From the NCBI RefSeq assembly GCF_009834535.1, contig NC_045696.1, forward strand, positions 88,724,001 through 88,788,000: 64,000 nucleotides of DNA, written 5' to 3'. Position numbers and translations under genes: made by a program. Source of the DNA: Camelus ferus (Eukaryota). The notes below the pieces were generated by a model. The model worked only from the letters and a program-made list of their open reading frames with translations, made no database searches and was not told the origin of the DNA. Below are positions 39,465-51,310 of the stretch, piece after piece (position 1 is the stretch's first letter; every line of letters starts with the position of its first letter).

Positions 39465-40420
39465 AGAAATATGGGAGAAAATATTTCCAAACCATTTCTC
39501 TGAAAAGGGGTTAATATCTAGAATATAAAGAACTATTAAAACTCAACAACAAAAACAAATAATCTGATTTAAAAATCGACAAAAGGCTTGAATAGACCTT
39601 TCTCTAAAGATGATATACAAATGGCCAACAGGTATATGAAAAGATACTCAAGATCACTAATCATTAGAGAAATGCAAATAAAAATATGAGATATCACCTC
39701 ACACCCATTAGTTTGACTCCAACTTAAAAAAACAGAAGATAAGAAGTGTTGGTGAGGAAATGGAGAAGTTGGAACCCTTGTGCGCTGTTGGTAGGAGTAT
39801 AAAATGGTACAACCACTATGGAAAACAGTATGGCAATTCCTCAAAAAATTACAAATAGAACTACTATATGATCCAGCAATCGCACTTCTAGGTATTTTGC
39901 CCCCTAAAATGAAAGCAGAATCTCAAAGACATATTTACACACCCATACTCATAGTAGCACTATCACGGTAGCCAAAAGATGGAAGCAACCCAAATATCCA
40001 CTGACAGATGAATGGATGAACAAAATATAGTACACACAGATGACAGAATATCATTCAGCCTTAAAAAGGAAGGAAATCTTATCACATTCTACAACACAGA
40101 TGAATCTTGAGGACATTTTAAGTGAAATAAACCAGTCACAAAAAGACGAATACTGAATGAGTCCACTTACATGAGTTATCTCAATTAGTCATTCATAGAA
40201 ATAGGAAGTTGAATGGTGGTTATAGAAGGATAGAAGTAGGTGTAAATGGCAATTATTGTTTGATAGATACAGAGTTTCAGTTTTCCAAGATGAAAACGTT
40301 CTGGATATCTGCTGCATAACATCGTGACTATACTTAACACTACTGAGCTGTACACTTAAAAATGGTTAAGATGGTTGATAGTATATGATTTTTATCACAA
40401 TTTTAAAATATTTTAAGGAA
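39465..40420 (+). mobile_element. L1MB-type ORF2 end and 3' UTR
   Basis: atcactaatcattagagaaatgcaaat...caaccactatggaaaacagtatgg...atgatccagcaat...tgtacacttaaaaatggttaagatgg. Confidence 0.9.
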
Positions 40421-41949
40421 AAGAAAATATTTTCAAAATTATTTAGATTAAACTTTGATTCTAGAGAAAATGAAAAGCTACCAAAAACCCTTCATAGCAC
40501 TAATCTTCACTGATTCTCTGATGAGATTAATTTGACAAACATTTATGGGGTACCCATGTGTATAAGGCACCAAGGTAGTACGGTATATCTGAAAGGAGAC
40601 ATACAACAACTAAACAGGAAAAATAAGCATAACACTAACCCGAACACTCACAGCCATAACTTCTACTCAATTTCAGGAAGGTAAAAACATTTTTCAACTC
40701 AGTTTCAATACTGCCAAAGGGAAATTTAATCTAATGCTTGAGGAAATATTATGTTTTCATCCTAGGAGACCTCACCTTTCTCTGGAATGGTGATTAGTAA
40801 TAACTGCATGTGTGAAAAGAATAACAAAGCAACTTCTGTTTCCTGAGGTTGGAGAGGCTGAAAAAGAGGTAGCTATTGGTGTTACCTGTTAAGAATTGAG
40901 TTGCTTGGTTTTCAGTATGATTCAAAAAGCCCCTCAAAGTATAAAATGTCCATTTTGTACATGAGAATTCTATAAACTCCTCATCCTGGATGTTTTCTCA
41001 AATGCCTTTCCTTTAACTTGATAATTAGTGTAGAGGAAACATATATTTTGGTGACATTAGGTAAAATAAGATAAAGTGGATGACATTTGTACCTTTCTAT
41101 GGTATTCCCACACTGTCAGTAAGCTATTTTCTGTTCTGTCATGCAACTTATCTGATGCTTCTCTTCTTTAAGTATAAACCAAGCATATTTGAGTTTCAAA
41201 TCTTAAGTCTATGAATTACTGTTTCCACCCCTAGGCAGCTGAAATTTTTCATTTACATTTCCCCACTCTTTGATACTCACTAAATACTATGTATAATTTT
41301 ATTTTGCATGATGCTTTTTCGAGGGAGGCTATAGATAGAACTATTTTTTTTCAATTGAGCTCTAGGATGTGTTCTTTTGTACTTACTTTTGAAAACTGAG
41401 GCATGCCTGATGTTCTATAATCTATAACACCCCTAACCACATAATTGAACCATCTTTGGAAGGGTAGGCCGAGTTAAATTGGAGAATGGTGCCTAGCTCC
41501 CTCTGAAGAGCCAGCCTCCATTCTCAAAATCCCTGCCTTACAACCAGAAATAGAGTGACCTGTCAAACTGATGAAAACCACTCACCAGGCTAACCTTCTA
41601 AAGTCTATATATCTAATCTGCATTTTCCTTGGTCATTATTTAAAGGGCTGCTGGATGGACTATACATTACAGAAGCCACAAGAGTTGATGAGAAAAACAA
41701 AGAGATACAAGTGAATGGTGTAAATAAACTACTTTATCTCCTCTACTTGATTCCATTGCCATGTACTTGAAACATGTGTTACAGATAATCTGAAGGGTTA
41801 GAAACTGAGTGTTAACAGTACCTCAGAAATAATCCCCATGTGAATGCCTTGCCAAACCAGGCCTGTAAAAGTGCAAAAAAAAAAAAAAAAAAAAAAAAGC
41901 ATGGTACACAGAAGAGGAGGGCTACAGAAGTGGGGAAGACAAGGGAGAT

Positions 41950-42130
41950 ATTTTAATCCCAGCTCTGCTGCTTAGCAGTTGTGTAACCTGGGCACACAGT
42001 AGTCCGAGCTTCAGTTTCCCCAGCCGTCAATGAAGGTAACAGCGGTGGCCTCCGAAGACGATGCGGACTCAGTGAGAGCGTCAGGGAGGGCACCTGGCAT
42101 GCTGCAGGCAGCCACTCCACGGTAAGGATG
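41950..42130 (+). mobile_element. MIR SINE (unusually GC/CpG-rich copy)
   Basis: aatcccagctctgctgcttagcagttgtgtaacctgggca...gagcttcagtttcccca. Confidence 0.75.
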
Positions 42131-42367
42131 CGCAGGGCCCGTGGTTTCCAGGGGAAGTGAGTGATCGCAAATGCGCTCACACGACCTGGTGTTTCCTTTT
42201 CATTTGTAAGGCACCATTATTTCTAGCATTACTGTGAGGCATCGTTAGTATTAGAGTGCAAGCATCTAGAACAGTGCAGGCACACCACAGGGACTCAACA
42301 GAGGCATGAAACTCAAGGAAGCTTAACTCCGGCTGCAGAGAAAAAGTACCTTAAAAATGAATATTAA

Positions 42368-42557
42368 AAAAGAATATGAAAATGAATATGTGTACTGTAT
42401 ATGCATGACTGGGACATTGTGCTGTACATCAAAAACTGACACATTGTAACTGACAGTACTTCAATTAAAAAAATGAATATTAATATGTATGACTGAAACA
42501 TGATGCTGTACACCAGAAACTGACACAGCATTGTAAACGAACTATGCTTCAATTTAA
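42368..42557 (+). mobile_element. Two tandem young L1 3' ends (42368-42468 and 42484-42557)
   Basis: Two copies of atgactg..aca.t.tgctgtaca..a.aaactgacac..ttcaatt(A)n, separated and flanked by three copies of AAAAATGAATA. Confidence 0.9.
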
Positions 42558-42699
42558 AAAAATGAATAACAACACAAAATGATCGACTGTCTGTCACAAA
42601 CCATAAGATCAAAGGAGGGAATGATAACTCAGAGCTGACTTACCAACCAAAAATTCATGGAAGAGCCAGAAATTGAAGGGAGCCTTGAAATAAAGACAA

Positions 42700-43700
42700 G
42701 ACATAGCTATGGGGAAAGAAGAATGAAGAATTTCTCAGAGCATGGAATAGAGTTTTTAACAAGTAGCAGCAGTGGGCATGTGGACCCATCAGGTATTCAG
42801 AGAATAATATAGAGACCAATGTTGCTGCAGTGTGAGTGTTCTGTAGGGGATCAATAGAAGACAAGGTTGAGTAAGGTAAAGTAGTCAGGGATGCCATGAG
42901 GAGAACCCAAAAAAAAAAACAAATTTCAGAGAAATAAATGATGGTTGGTAGAAATCACAGACTCTTTTAAAAGAAACAATGTACTGAAGGCTGACCTGTC
43001 AGAGACGTCAGAGAGTAGACTGGAAAGGGGAGTGACCAGAGACTGAGAGCTCTGTTAGGAAGCCACTGATGGAAGCCTGACTTAGGATGGTGGCCGTGGG
43101 ACTATAAAGATGGAGGCAGAGAGGAAAGTTATGATACAAAGTCTCACAGACTTGAATGAACAGGGAAGAGGCAGAGATGACATAGTTTCAAAAGTGGGAG
43201 ACCAAGAGAAGGACAGCAGCATGAGAGGAGGAGACGAGTCTGGAGAGGAAATAATCTAGGGACACAGGAGGCAAATTCGGTTTCAGACAGGTTGTTATCG
43301 AGGTGACACCAAGAAAGAAAACAGAAAGTCAGCAGGTAAGGTTGTGGGCTCTAGAAGGGAAGAGGAGCCCTCTGCTCTGAGTCCATGCAGGCTGCACATT
43401 CTGGTGCAAAGAAACAAAAAGGGACCAGCACACTGAGTATAGCCATCCTCGAAACACAGGTTCACGAAGAAGTGAGAACTTCAAAAAAGGCAGAGAAGAA
43501 GAGAGAAATAAAAAAAACATTAGAGTGTCACTAAGGCCAAAGAGATGACTGTTAAGAAGACAGAGGTGGTCAAGAAAGCCAGGTCCCACAGAGAAACCTA
43601 AGAAGATAAGGGCTGAAAACAAGCTGGCACACATAGCAATTCTGAGGCCCCCAGAGACCTGCAAAAAACCAGGTTTGAAAAACTGTCAGATGACAATAGA
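42700..43700 (-). mobile_element. L2 LINE remnants
   Basis: Purine-rich antisense L2 motifs (agagagtagactgga...gttaggaagccact; ttcggtttcagacaggtt; aagataagggctgaaa). Confidence 0.6.
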
Positions 43701-44139
43701 AAATGACTAGAAAGAAAGCAGAAGCAAGTGTCTCCAGTCTCCGCTTTCAAAGGCACGCTTCTAAGAAAAGTCTCATTCATATCCTTCATGTGGAATACAA
43801 GAACACGTGGTTTTAACAAAATGAAAGAATCTGATAACACAGACTGTCCTCAGTGGTCACAGGCCCTCGTCTCTCTCTTCTGCTCTCCTTGTTTCATCTG
43901 AGTTCTTTGTTACCCTGTGCAACCTCAAAACAGCTCTTATTTTTAGGCTGTACTCCTCACCTCTCTCCTTTCAGTAACAGAGTCATGTCTCACCACCCCT
44001 ATCCCTTCCAACTCTCATTCTCTTTTTTCAACTCATGCCACACAGACAAAGATAAAAGTCAGATTTTACAAGAAAACAAAGATTTGATAACTATCCTCTT
44101 CTATGTCTTCAAAAGAAGGCCATCTTCCCAAAACAACAT

Positions 44140-45050
44140 TAAAAAGATACTCAACATCATTAGTCATTAGGAAAATGCTAACTAAAAACACACTGCGAAA
44201 CCACTTCACAACTACCAGACATACTGGAACTTAAAAGATCCGCAAGGATATGAAGCAACTAGAATTCTCACGCACCGATGATGGAAATGTGAAACAGTAT
44301 ATCCACTTTGGAGTAGCAGTTTAGCTATTTTTTTTTAAAAGCTAATATACACCTACCGTATGATCTAGCCACTCTACTCCTAGGTATTTACCCAAGAGCA
44401 ATGAAAGCATATGTCAACACAAAGACTTGTACATGAATGTTTACAGGCAAAAACTGGCATCAATTCAAAGGTCCAACAACATGTGAATGGATGTTCAAAT
44501 TTTGGTATATCCATACAATAGACTACCAAGCAATAAAAATAAATGAAAATAAAAAAAATTAATGAAAATTAAAAAAAATGAAATAAAAGTAAATGATAGA
44601 TGCAACAACACAGGTGAATTTTAATGATTATACTGTTGGCGGGGGAAGGAGAGGAACCAGGAAAAAAGAAAGTACATACTCCATATTTCCATTTATATAA
44701 ATTCCATTTACAAAATGCAAACTAACTCTACAGTGACAGAAAGCACATTAATGGTTGCCAAGCGATGGAGAGAGGGATTGGAGAAGGACACCGGAAAAAA
44801 GTATTACAAAGGGCGTGAAGAAACTTTCAAGGGTGATGGATATGTTCATTATCTTGATGGTGGCGGATGGTTCCAAAAAGATACACAAAACTAATCGACT
44901 TGTATATGTTAAATATGTGCAGTTTATTGTATGCCAATCATACCTCGGTAAAGCTGTTTGTAAAAAGAGCAGTTGCGGCAACTGGCAAAACTGGAATCTG
45001 GACTGTGTCTCAGATAATAATATCGTATCAATGTTAAATGTTTTTAAATG
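44140..45050 (+). mobile_element. L1MC/MD-type ORF2 end and 3' UTR
   Basis: ctcaacatcattagtcattagg...ctcctaggtatttacccaagag...gtgatggatatgttcattatcttgat...tatgtgcagtttattgtatg. Confidence 0.85.
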
Positions 45051-45463
45051 AGGAAAGTGGACGTCCTAATCTTCATAACATACAGTCACCATGAGGGCTT
45101 CTCTCTGGTAAAGTGGAAACATCAGTTGGGCACTCCCACTGTTATCCTATTTCTGAGAGGAAAAAAAAAAAAAAAAAACTAGCTGTCCTTCCTGTCAAAG
45201 AATTCCCTCTTAGGCAATATTTCCAAAGTACATGCCTGCCTGTACTCTTTCATGTCTAAAACTGCTTGCATTACATAATGCTTTGGGGATAAACAATTTC
45301 CATCACTCGCTATGTGACTCCATGAACCAGAGCAGGGTCTGTGGATCTAATAGGAGACTGTAGAGAGCTTCTCTGGCTGCTGTCAGGATCCCAGCTCTTA
45401 ACCAGTGTGATTTCTTCATCAGCATCCCCTTGAATCTCATGGATATTTAAAGTACAAGCTTCC

Positions 45464-45630
45464 CATAGGGAACTATATTCAATATCTTGTAATAACCTTT
45501 AATGAAAAAGAATATGAAAACAAATATATGTATGTATATGCATGACTGAGACATTGTGCTGTACACCAGAAACTGACACCTTGTAACTGACTATACTTCA
45601 ATTAAAAAAAAAACAAAAAAAACAAAAAAA
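45464..45630 (+). mobile_element. 5'-truncated young L1 3' end
   Basis: agggaactatattcaatatcttgtaataacc...A-tail; TSD ACAAGCTTCC at 45454-45463 and 45631-45640. Confidence 0.9.
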
Positions 45631-47019
45631 ACAAGCTTCCTTTCCAAGAATTCCTTGATGCTCGAAAAGTCTCATTCTTAAACCCAGGACTAGACATTTA
45701 CCAAAACAGTTTAGGCTGGAAGGACCATATCAGATGCTCAGGAAAGACACCAGGAAAGTGGGAAAGGTTAGACTCCCCACTTGGTCCCTATTCTGAAATC
45801 CCCAGGGAATAAAATCCCCGAGGGTCTGAAGCCATAGGCAAGAAAGAAATAGCAAGTATAAACTTTTTCTATGTATTTATGAGTATAAGTTACCAGGCTG
45901 GGTGCCCATCTCTGTATCCCATCTGGTGTCAAAGATATGGCTGGCACTTAGATTAAAAATAAAGTATTCAATATGGCATTATAATTATCTTTCTAAAATT
46001 GACTTTCAAAATAATCAGGATAAATTAATCTTACTCCTAATTCCAAAAAGTCATGTTTATTCTCCTTTGTATCTTTAAAACTTTAAGAAACTAAATTTTC
46101 TCAAAGCAATCACCAGAAATACATAATATACTCTTGGTAAAAGAAGTAAGTTCCTGTCACCACCTGAAAAAAATCTCAAAATATATTTCAGTTTCTTACT
46201 CCATTATCTTATCGAAGGTACAGTAAAATGGTACCTTTTACAGATTTACACATTGTTCTGTTCTAATAAAGGCATTGAGGCAGGAAACAAACAAAAGGTG
46301 TAACTATTTAAAAAGTAAGAGACACAATTACATTATTTGTAGACAAATATGGTTGCATATCTTTATGGGAAAAAAGCAGCAAATGAATCACCAGAAAAGC
46401 TACTAAAACTAAACAGGAAGTTTAGGCAGTACTTTTACATACTGGCAATAATCAGTCGGGAAGACAACAAAAAGATGCCGTCATTGTAACCAATTTATAG
46501 CAGCAGCAGAGTAAGTACTTCACTCACACTTACTCCATTAGCATTTACTCCAAGAGCATTCATTCGGCCTGCAGAAAAATCTGAAGACTTTAACGCTCTC
46601 CCTTCTCCCTCTAGCCTAGACTAATGCCTGAATCTCCCCCACAAAATGCATATAAAAATTCTGAACCTCCTGGGAATCCCCTCTCCTTGGCCTAGAGTAG
46701 ATTCAAATATTTTAAAACAAAATAATAAAACTTATGACACGTCATAAATAAGAGACTAAAATCCTACTGAATTTGACCAACAAACTCATTTTCTGTAACA
46801 GGAAGACAGTAAAATAGAAACAGACAGCCAACAAAAGAACTGCTGTGATACTTCCACGCTGATCAATAGCATTAACTGTACTGAACCCTCATATTAGGGG
46901 AAAAAAATAATCACCTGTTTTTCTCCAAACACCCAGGCCCCTCCTTGTTACTTTACAAAGAACAGAGAAAAAACTTAAATTAGACAACTACCTACTAATA
47001 GTTTCCCAAGACTTCTTGG

Positions 47020-47480
47020 AATGTTGGCCCAACCAATAACCATTCCGGCTTCTCTCTCACCTAGCTAACAAAACTCCAGTCTTGGTCACCTTCTGAGGCT
47101 GTTGTGACCTCTACAGGAGGCTGGGCTCCTCCCCAGACCCAGGGTGAATTATGCTGGGTCAGAGTTTATCATCATGGTGATGGTTTTCCCATGGCCAAGC
47201 CATTGGTTTAGGCACGAACACAATTCTGGCCTAGGAGATGTGAAGGGTAGTTTCCAGGAAGGTTTTCCTCGGGCTTTAAGGACACCGGACAGGTAGTTTC
47301 TTTTTAACGTCTCTGGAAATAGCTATATAAAGACTTGAAGTCACTGAGCAGCTGAATCAACCAACCTTGGAAACACCTGCTTCCAGGCCTTTCGTTATGT
47401 GAGATAATAAATGTCTCTGGTGTGATAAGCTGTTTCCACTTGAGTTTTCTGTCACTTGCAACCAAAGCCTTTCAAACAGT
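47020..47480 (+). mobile_element. MLT1-family (MaLR) LTR
   Basis: cattggtttaggca...caattctggcc...ttatgtgagataataaat...gagttttctgtcacttgcaaccaaagc. Confidence 0.8.
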
Positions 47481-47799
47481 GCACCATCTAGATGTGCAGC
47501 TGGAGTTTACTACAGCTGCAGCTTAAGTCTCTGACAATGGACATACAAGACAAAACCAGCCAATCTATAAAACTGGAAGAGGACATTTCCTTAATTGCCA
47601 CACCAGCTTTTAACAAAAAGGAGGTATTATTGATCATCTGGAAACTATTCCGCCTCCAGCAGAAATTACCTTGTATCTCCTTTTTTGAGATGAATACTTC
47701 TCGCACAAATTTGATGTACCTATTTATTATGCGGAGGAGGAAATATTTAATGACCATAATCTTACTGATTTACAAATGGAAACAACCTAATCCTAATTT

Positions 47800-48030
47800 A
47801 TGTCTGTTGAGGCCAGACTAAAAGAAATAGGCTTAAACCAAAGGGATGTAGTTCACACAGAAAGATGATTTTCCTGAGAGGATTATAGAGAAAAAAATTC
47901 TCCAGGGACAGTGTGGAATCTCCTTGATGAAAAGTCTTTAAAAATAGATTATTCATGTAGCTGTGAGGCCTTAGGCACTATATTTGGATTATATGACAAT
48001 TCAAGATCCCTGCCAGGCCTATCCAAAGAG
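47800..48030 (+). mobile_element. L3/CR1 3' remnant
   Basis: agaaataggcttaaac...tgtggaatctcctt...gtctttaaaaataga...tcaagatccct. Confidence 0.55.
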
Positions 48031-49045
48031 AAAATTTATCTTCTTTCTAAACAGAAATTTAGAAAAACATCTAAGTGTTAAAATAAAGGAGAAGTAAAAA
48101 CTTCTTAATCCCAAATTCTGGGACAGTTATATTTACCATATACCTATGCAAATCAGTTCTTATAGCAAATTCAGACCATTATCCTAGGGATCAAAAAGGC
48201 AAACAGTATGATCAAAATCCTACTATGTCTCAATTTCCACAAAATCCTGACAGTGTCAGTTAAGAGACTTATTTGGTCAGAAAATGCCCAGTGACTAATT
48301 TAACTGAGAGTTAATCTATTCGATTAAAAGGAGAAATGAAAGCACTTACCAGATTAAAAAGAAACAGTACCTACTTATCAGAATAAAACAGTTTCTGCCC
48401 TAAGGCAATTCTGTAACTAAGAGAATAAAAATTTGCAAATGTTTTTAGATTTAAAACTTCACTGTTCAAGAGTAGTGCTGAATACAGACTGTCCTATTAA
48501 GAGTACCATTTGAAATATTTAAGATTTATTGCTACAGGGCATTAAATCCCCATTCACATTTATAATGACCAGAAGTGTTAAAAAGCAAATGCAAATAAGT
48601 ATTCACTTCTCCAGGGAAGTCATAAGGTTTGCTGACATAACATGCAATGGATAACTGGTCTTTGGTTTAGCAACTAAGACACACAGATTATCTGTCAGCA
48701 GCTCACACAGGAGCAGAACAAGGAGGGCAGCAATGATGGTAAATGGTCTGGTAAAGAGTGAGTCTCAGAATACAGCCTATTGCTATAGTGACTTTCACTT
48801 TTGTACAAATTAGAAAAAGGCACCTTTTGCAAGTGATTACAGGCCCAGAGAATACTGGCTTGGGGAACATACAGTTCTTCTGTACACATTAGATAATAAT
48901 GTCTCTCTAACTGGTATCACTGTACAATATACATCTTACACGGTTACAGGCAATGGCCCCAAACTTACCTTTGGGTGGCCCGTGCCCAGTAGCAGACAAG
49001 AACTCCCATGTCTTCTAGGAATGGAGGAAAGTAAGTCTCATTCTT

Positions 49046-49158
49046 TTTTTTATTATTATTAGATTTATTTATTCAATTTGATGGAGGTGCTGGGGATTGA
49101 ATCCGGGACTTCATGCATGCTAAGCATACACTTTACCACCGAGCTATACCTTCCCCCC
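49046..49158 (-). mobile_element. tRNA-Ala-derived SINE (Vic-1-type)
   Basis: Reverse complement ggtatagctcggtggtaaagtgtatgcttagcatgcatgaagtcccggattcaatcccc; perfect 15-bp TSD GTAAGTCTCATTCTT at 49031-49045 and 49159-49173. Confidence 0.92.
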
Positions 49159-50299
49159 GTAAGTCTCATTCTTAACAGAATTCAACTACCAAAGCCCTCC
49201 GTCATTCCAGAAAAGTTGGAGGCAGTTAAAGTTCCATTAAATTGGGCCCCATTCTCACTAACCAGAAAGGGAAAAAAAAAATTCTCCAGAGAGATCATGT
49301 AATCAAGCTTTATAGATTCATTTTTCAGATGTAAAGTATTATATCTTTACTTTTTAAGCATAGCTTTTCATAGCACAGGTTTCAACTTTATTGAAAGGAT
49401 ATCAGTTTATCAGAATGCATGATTCTTCTCTATATGAATATTTATTTTAAATGTTTGGTACTTTTCAAGGGAGGGCCTCTAACTACCAAAGAAAGCCACA
49501 AAGGTACTGCAGTGCCATTAACTATTTTTAAAATAATGGCTCCCTCTGTTTACTTAAACTTCACCTTTGAAGACTTCTATTAAAAACAGATTATAACTAG
49601 CCATCACCGAAGCTTGGGCTTGACTTAAGGTTAACTAAGAGAATAAAGCACTAGCCTTCTGGAATGGAAACACAAGACTAGCGTCTACTCAAGCTAACAT
49701 ACTAAGTCAGTATTATAAACAAAAGAGAAAATAATATTTTGCTGTTCGAAATTAACTTCATATTAGGAAATTATTTCTGTCCTCCCCCCTCACTACCCCC
49801 CCCAAAAAACAGTGCTTCAGTATAAAGAGAAATTATGCAAACACATACTCACCCCTACATACTTACCCTAAAGTCAAGCCTTTGGTACTTTAAAATAAAA
49901 CATAAATCATTGTTCTTTGTTGCTAATGGCTTTATTCATGCCACTATAATGTCTATGCAAGCCTTCCACGAGCAAACAGGCAAAAATGTGACAGAGTCTC
50001 TGTAGTGGGAGAGAGATTCTGCCAACAAAGAAGGGGAGTGGATGAGAACTGTATTTAAATGTGAGTCACCCCCTGCTCTGGCTTATGACCCCACAGTTTT
50101 TTCATTTCAGGACTTTCTTAGGTAATTATAAGATCCACCTACCAACATGTCACAGGACATAGGAACGCAGCTGTCAAAGAAGAAACTCCAAGTCTTACTG
50201 ATCAACACAAGAAGACCAGACAGTGTTCACCTCAACTATGCTAAGGTGCAGTTTATTGCCCAAATTATGAGACTATAAAGCTTCAACCAGAAACTGACA

Positions 50300-50530
50300 G
50301 CACAGGCTTTGGAGGTAGACAGCTCTAAGTTTGAATCCCAGTTTCAAATCCTAGTTTTACCACCTATGAGCTGTGAGAAACCTTGGGTAAATTACTCACC
50401 CTCTCAGTGCTTTAACTTCTACACATATAAAATGGGGATACCATAGTACCTATCTCAAAAATTCTTATGATAATTAAAATTAGATAGTATACAAAGTACT
50501 TTAAACACTACTTGGAATATTATACATATT
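50300..50530 (+). mobile_element. MIR SINE
   Basis: acaggctttggag...tttgaatcccag...ccttgggtaaattactcaccctctc...aaaatggggata. Confidence 0.8.
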
Positions 50531-50531
50531 C

Positions 50532-50532
<1 letters not shown>

Positions 50533-50562
<30 letters not shown>
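50533..50562. repeat. (ATC)10 microsatellite at the MIR tail
   Basis: Perfect trinucleotide run, read directly. Confidence 0.95.
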
Positions 50563-50563
<1 letters not shown>

Positions 50564-50619
50564 ATAATACTGGAGGTTTTTTCTTTCTCCTCTGGTCCAG
50601 AAATCCCTCTTCTGGAAAT

Positions 50620-51060
50620 CCACCCTGGAGAAATAATCCAAACTACAGCAGAAGAATAAAAATACTTACTACAATGTTATTTACAATGGTGAAAAGTTAG
50701 AGGAACCTCAAAGTATACCAATAAGGAAGCAATTGAGTAATTTATCAAATATCCATTCAGTAAAATATTACTCCATCACTAAAAAATACATTAGAAATAT
50801 AAAAAAGAATTATATAGCAAAACGACTATGTGTTCATATGATTGCACAAAGTGAGAAAATCCCAAGATTTAAAACCATATATGTGTATATATAATTATAA
50901 CAATGTAAAATTACATTTAAAATGCATATAAAAAATATGAGCAAGTAATACACCAAAATTATAATAGTGGATGTGACAGGATAATGAAATTTGAAGTAAC
51001 TGTTTTTCTTTTCTATACTATCTATCAGGTAATCACAGTACTTTCATAATTTTAAAACTA
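50620..51060 (+). mobile_element. Ancient L1ME-type remnant
   Basis: ttctggaaatccaccctggagaaataatc...atacaccaaaattataatagtgg. Confidence 0.6.
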
Positions 51061-51163
51061 ATTTATTTTTAAATATGTTTAATTTGCTGTAAATTTATTT
51101 TAATAGTCATTAAATAGGATTATTAAAATGGTAACAGAAGTTAAATCACAAAAATATACTACT

Positions 51164-51310
51164 GGGGGGGTAGGGGATAGCTCAAGTGATAGAGTGCATG
51201 CTTAGTATGCACAAGGTTCTGGGTTCAATCCCCAGTACCTCCTCTAAAAATAAATAAATTAATAAACCTATTACCTCCCCTTCAAAAATAATGATAATAC
51301 ATACATAAAT
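51164..51310 (+). mobile_element. tRNA-Ala-derived SINE (Vic-1-type)
   Basis: atagctcaagtgatagagtgcatgcttagtatgcacaaggttctgggttcaatccccagtacctcc...aacctattacctcccc; TSD aaaaatatactac / aaaaatatattac. Confidence 0.9.

Noticed and set aside
39569..39844. 91-aa ORF MRNCHTVFHSGCTIL...
   Set aside because: Typical antisense translation of the L1 ORF2 end.
47488..47821. 109-aa and 89-aa opposing ORFs
   Set aside because: No domain similarity; they lie between an MLT1 LTR and an L3 remnant.
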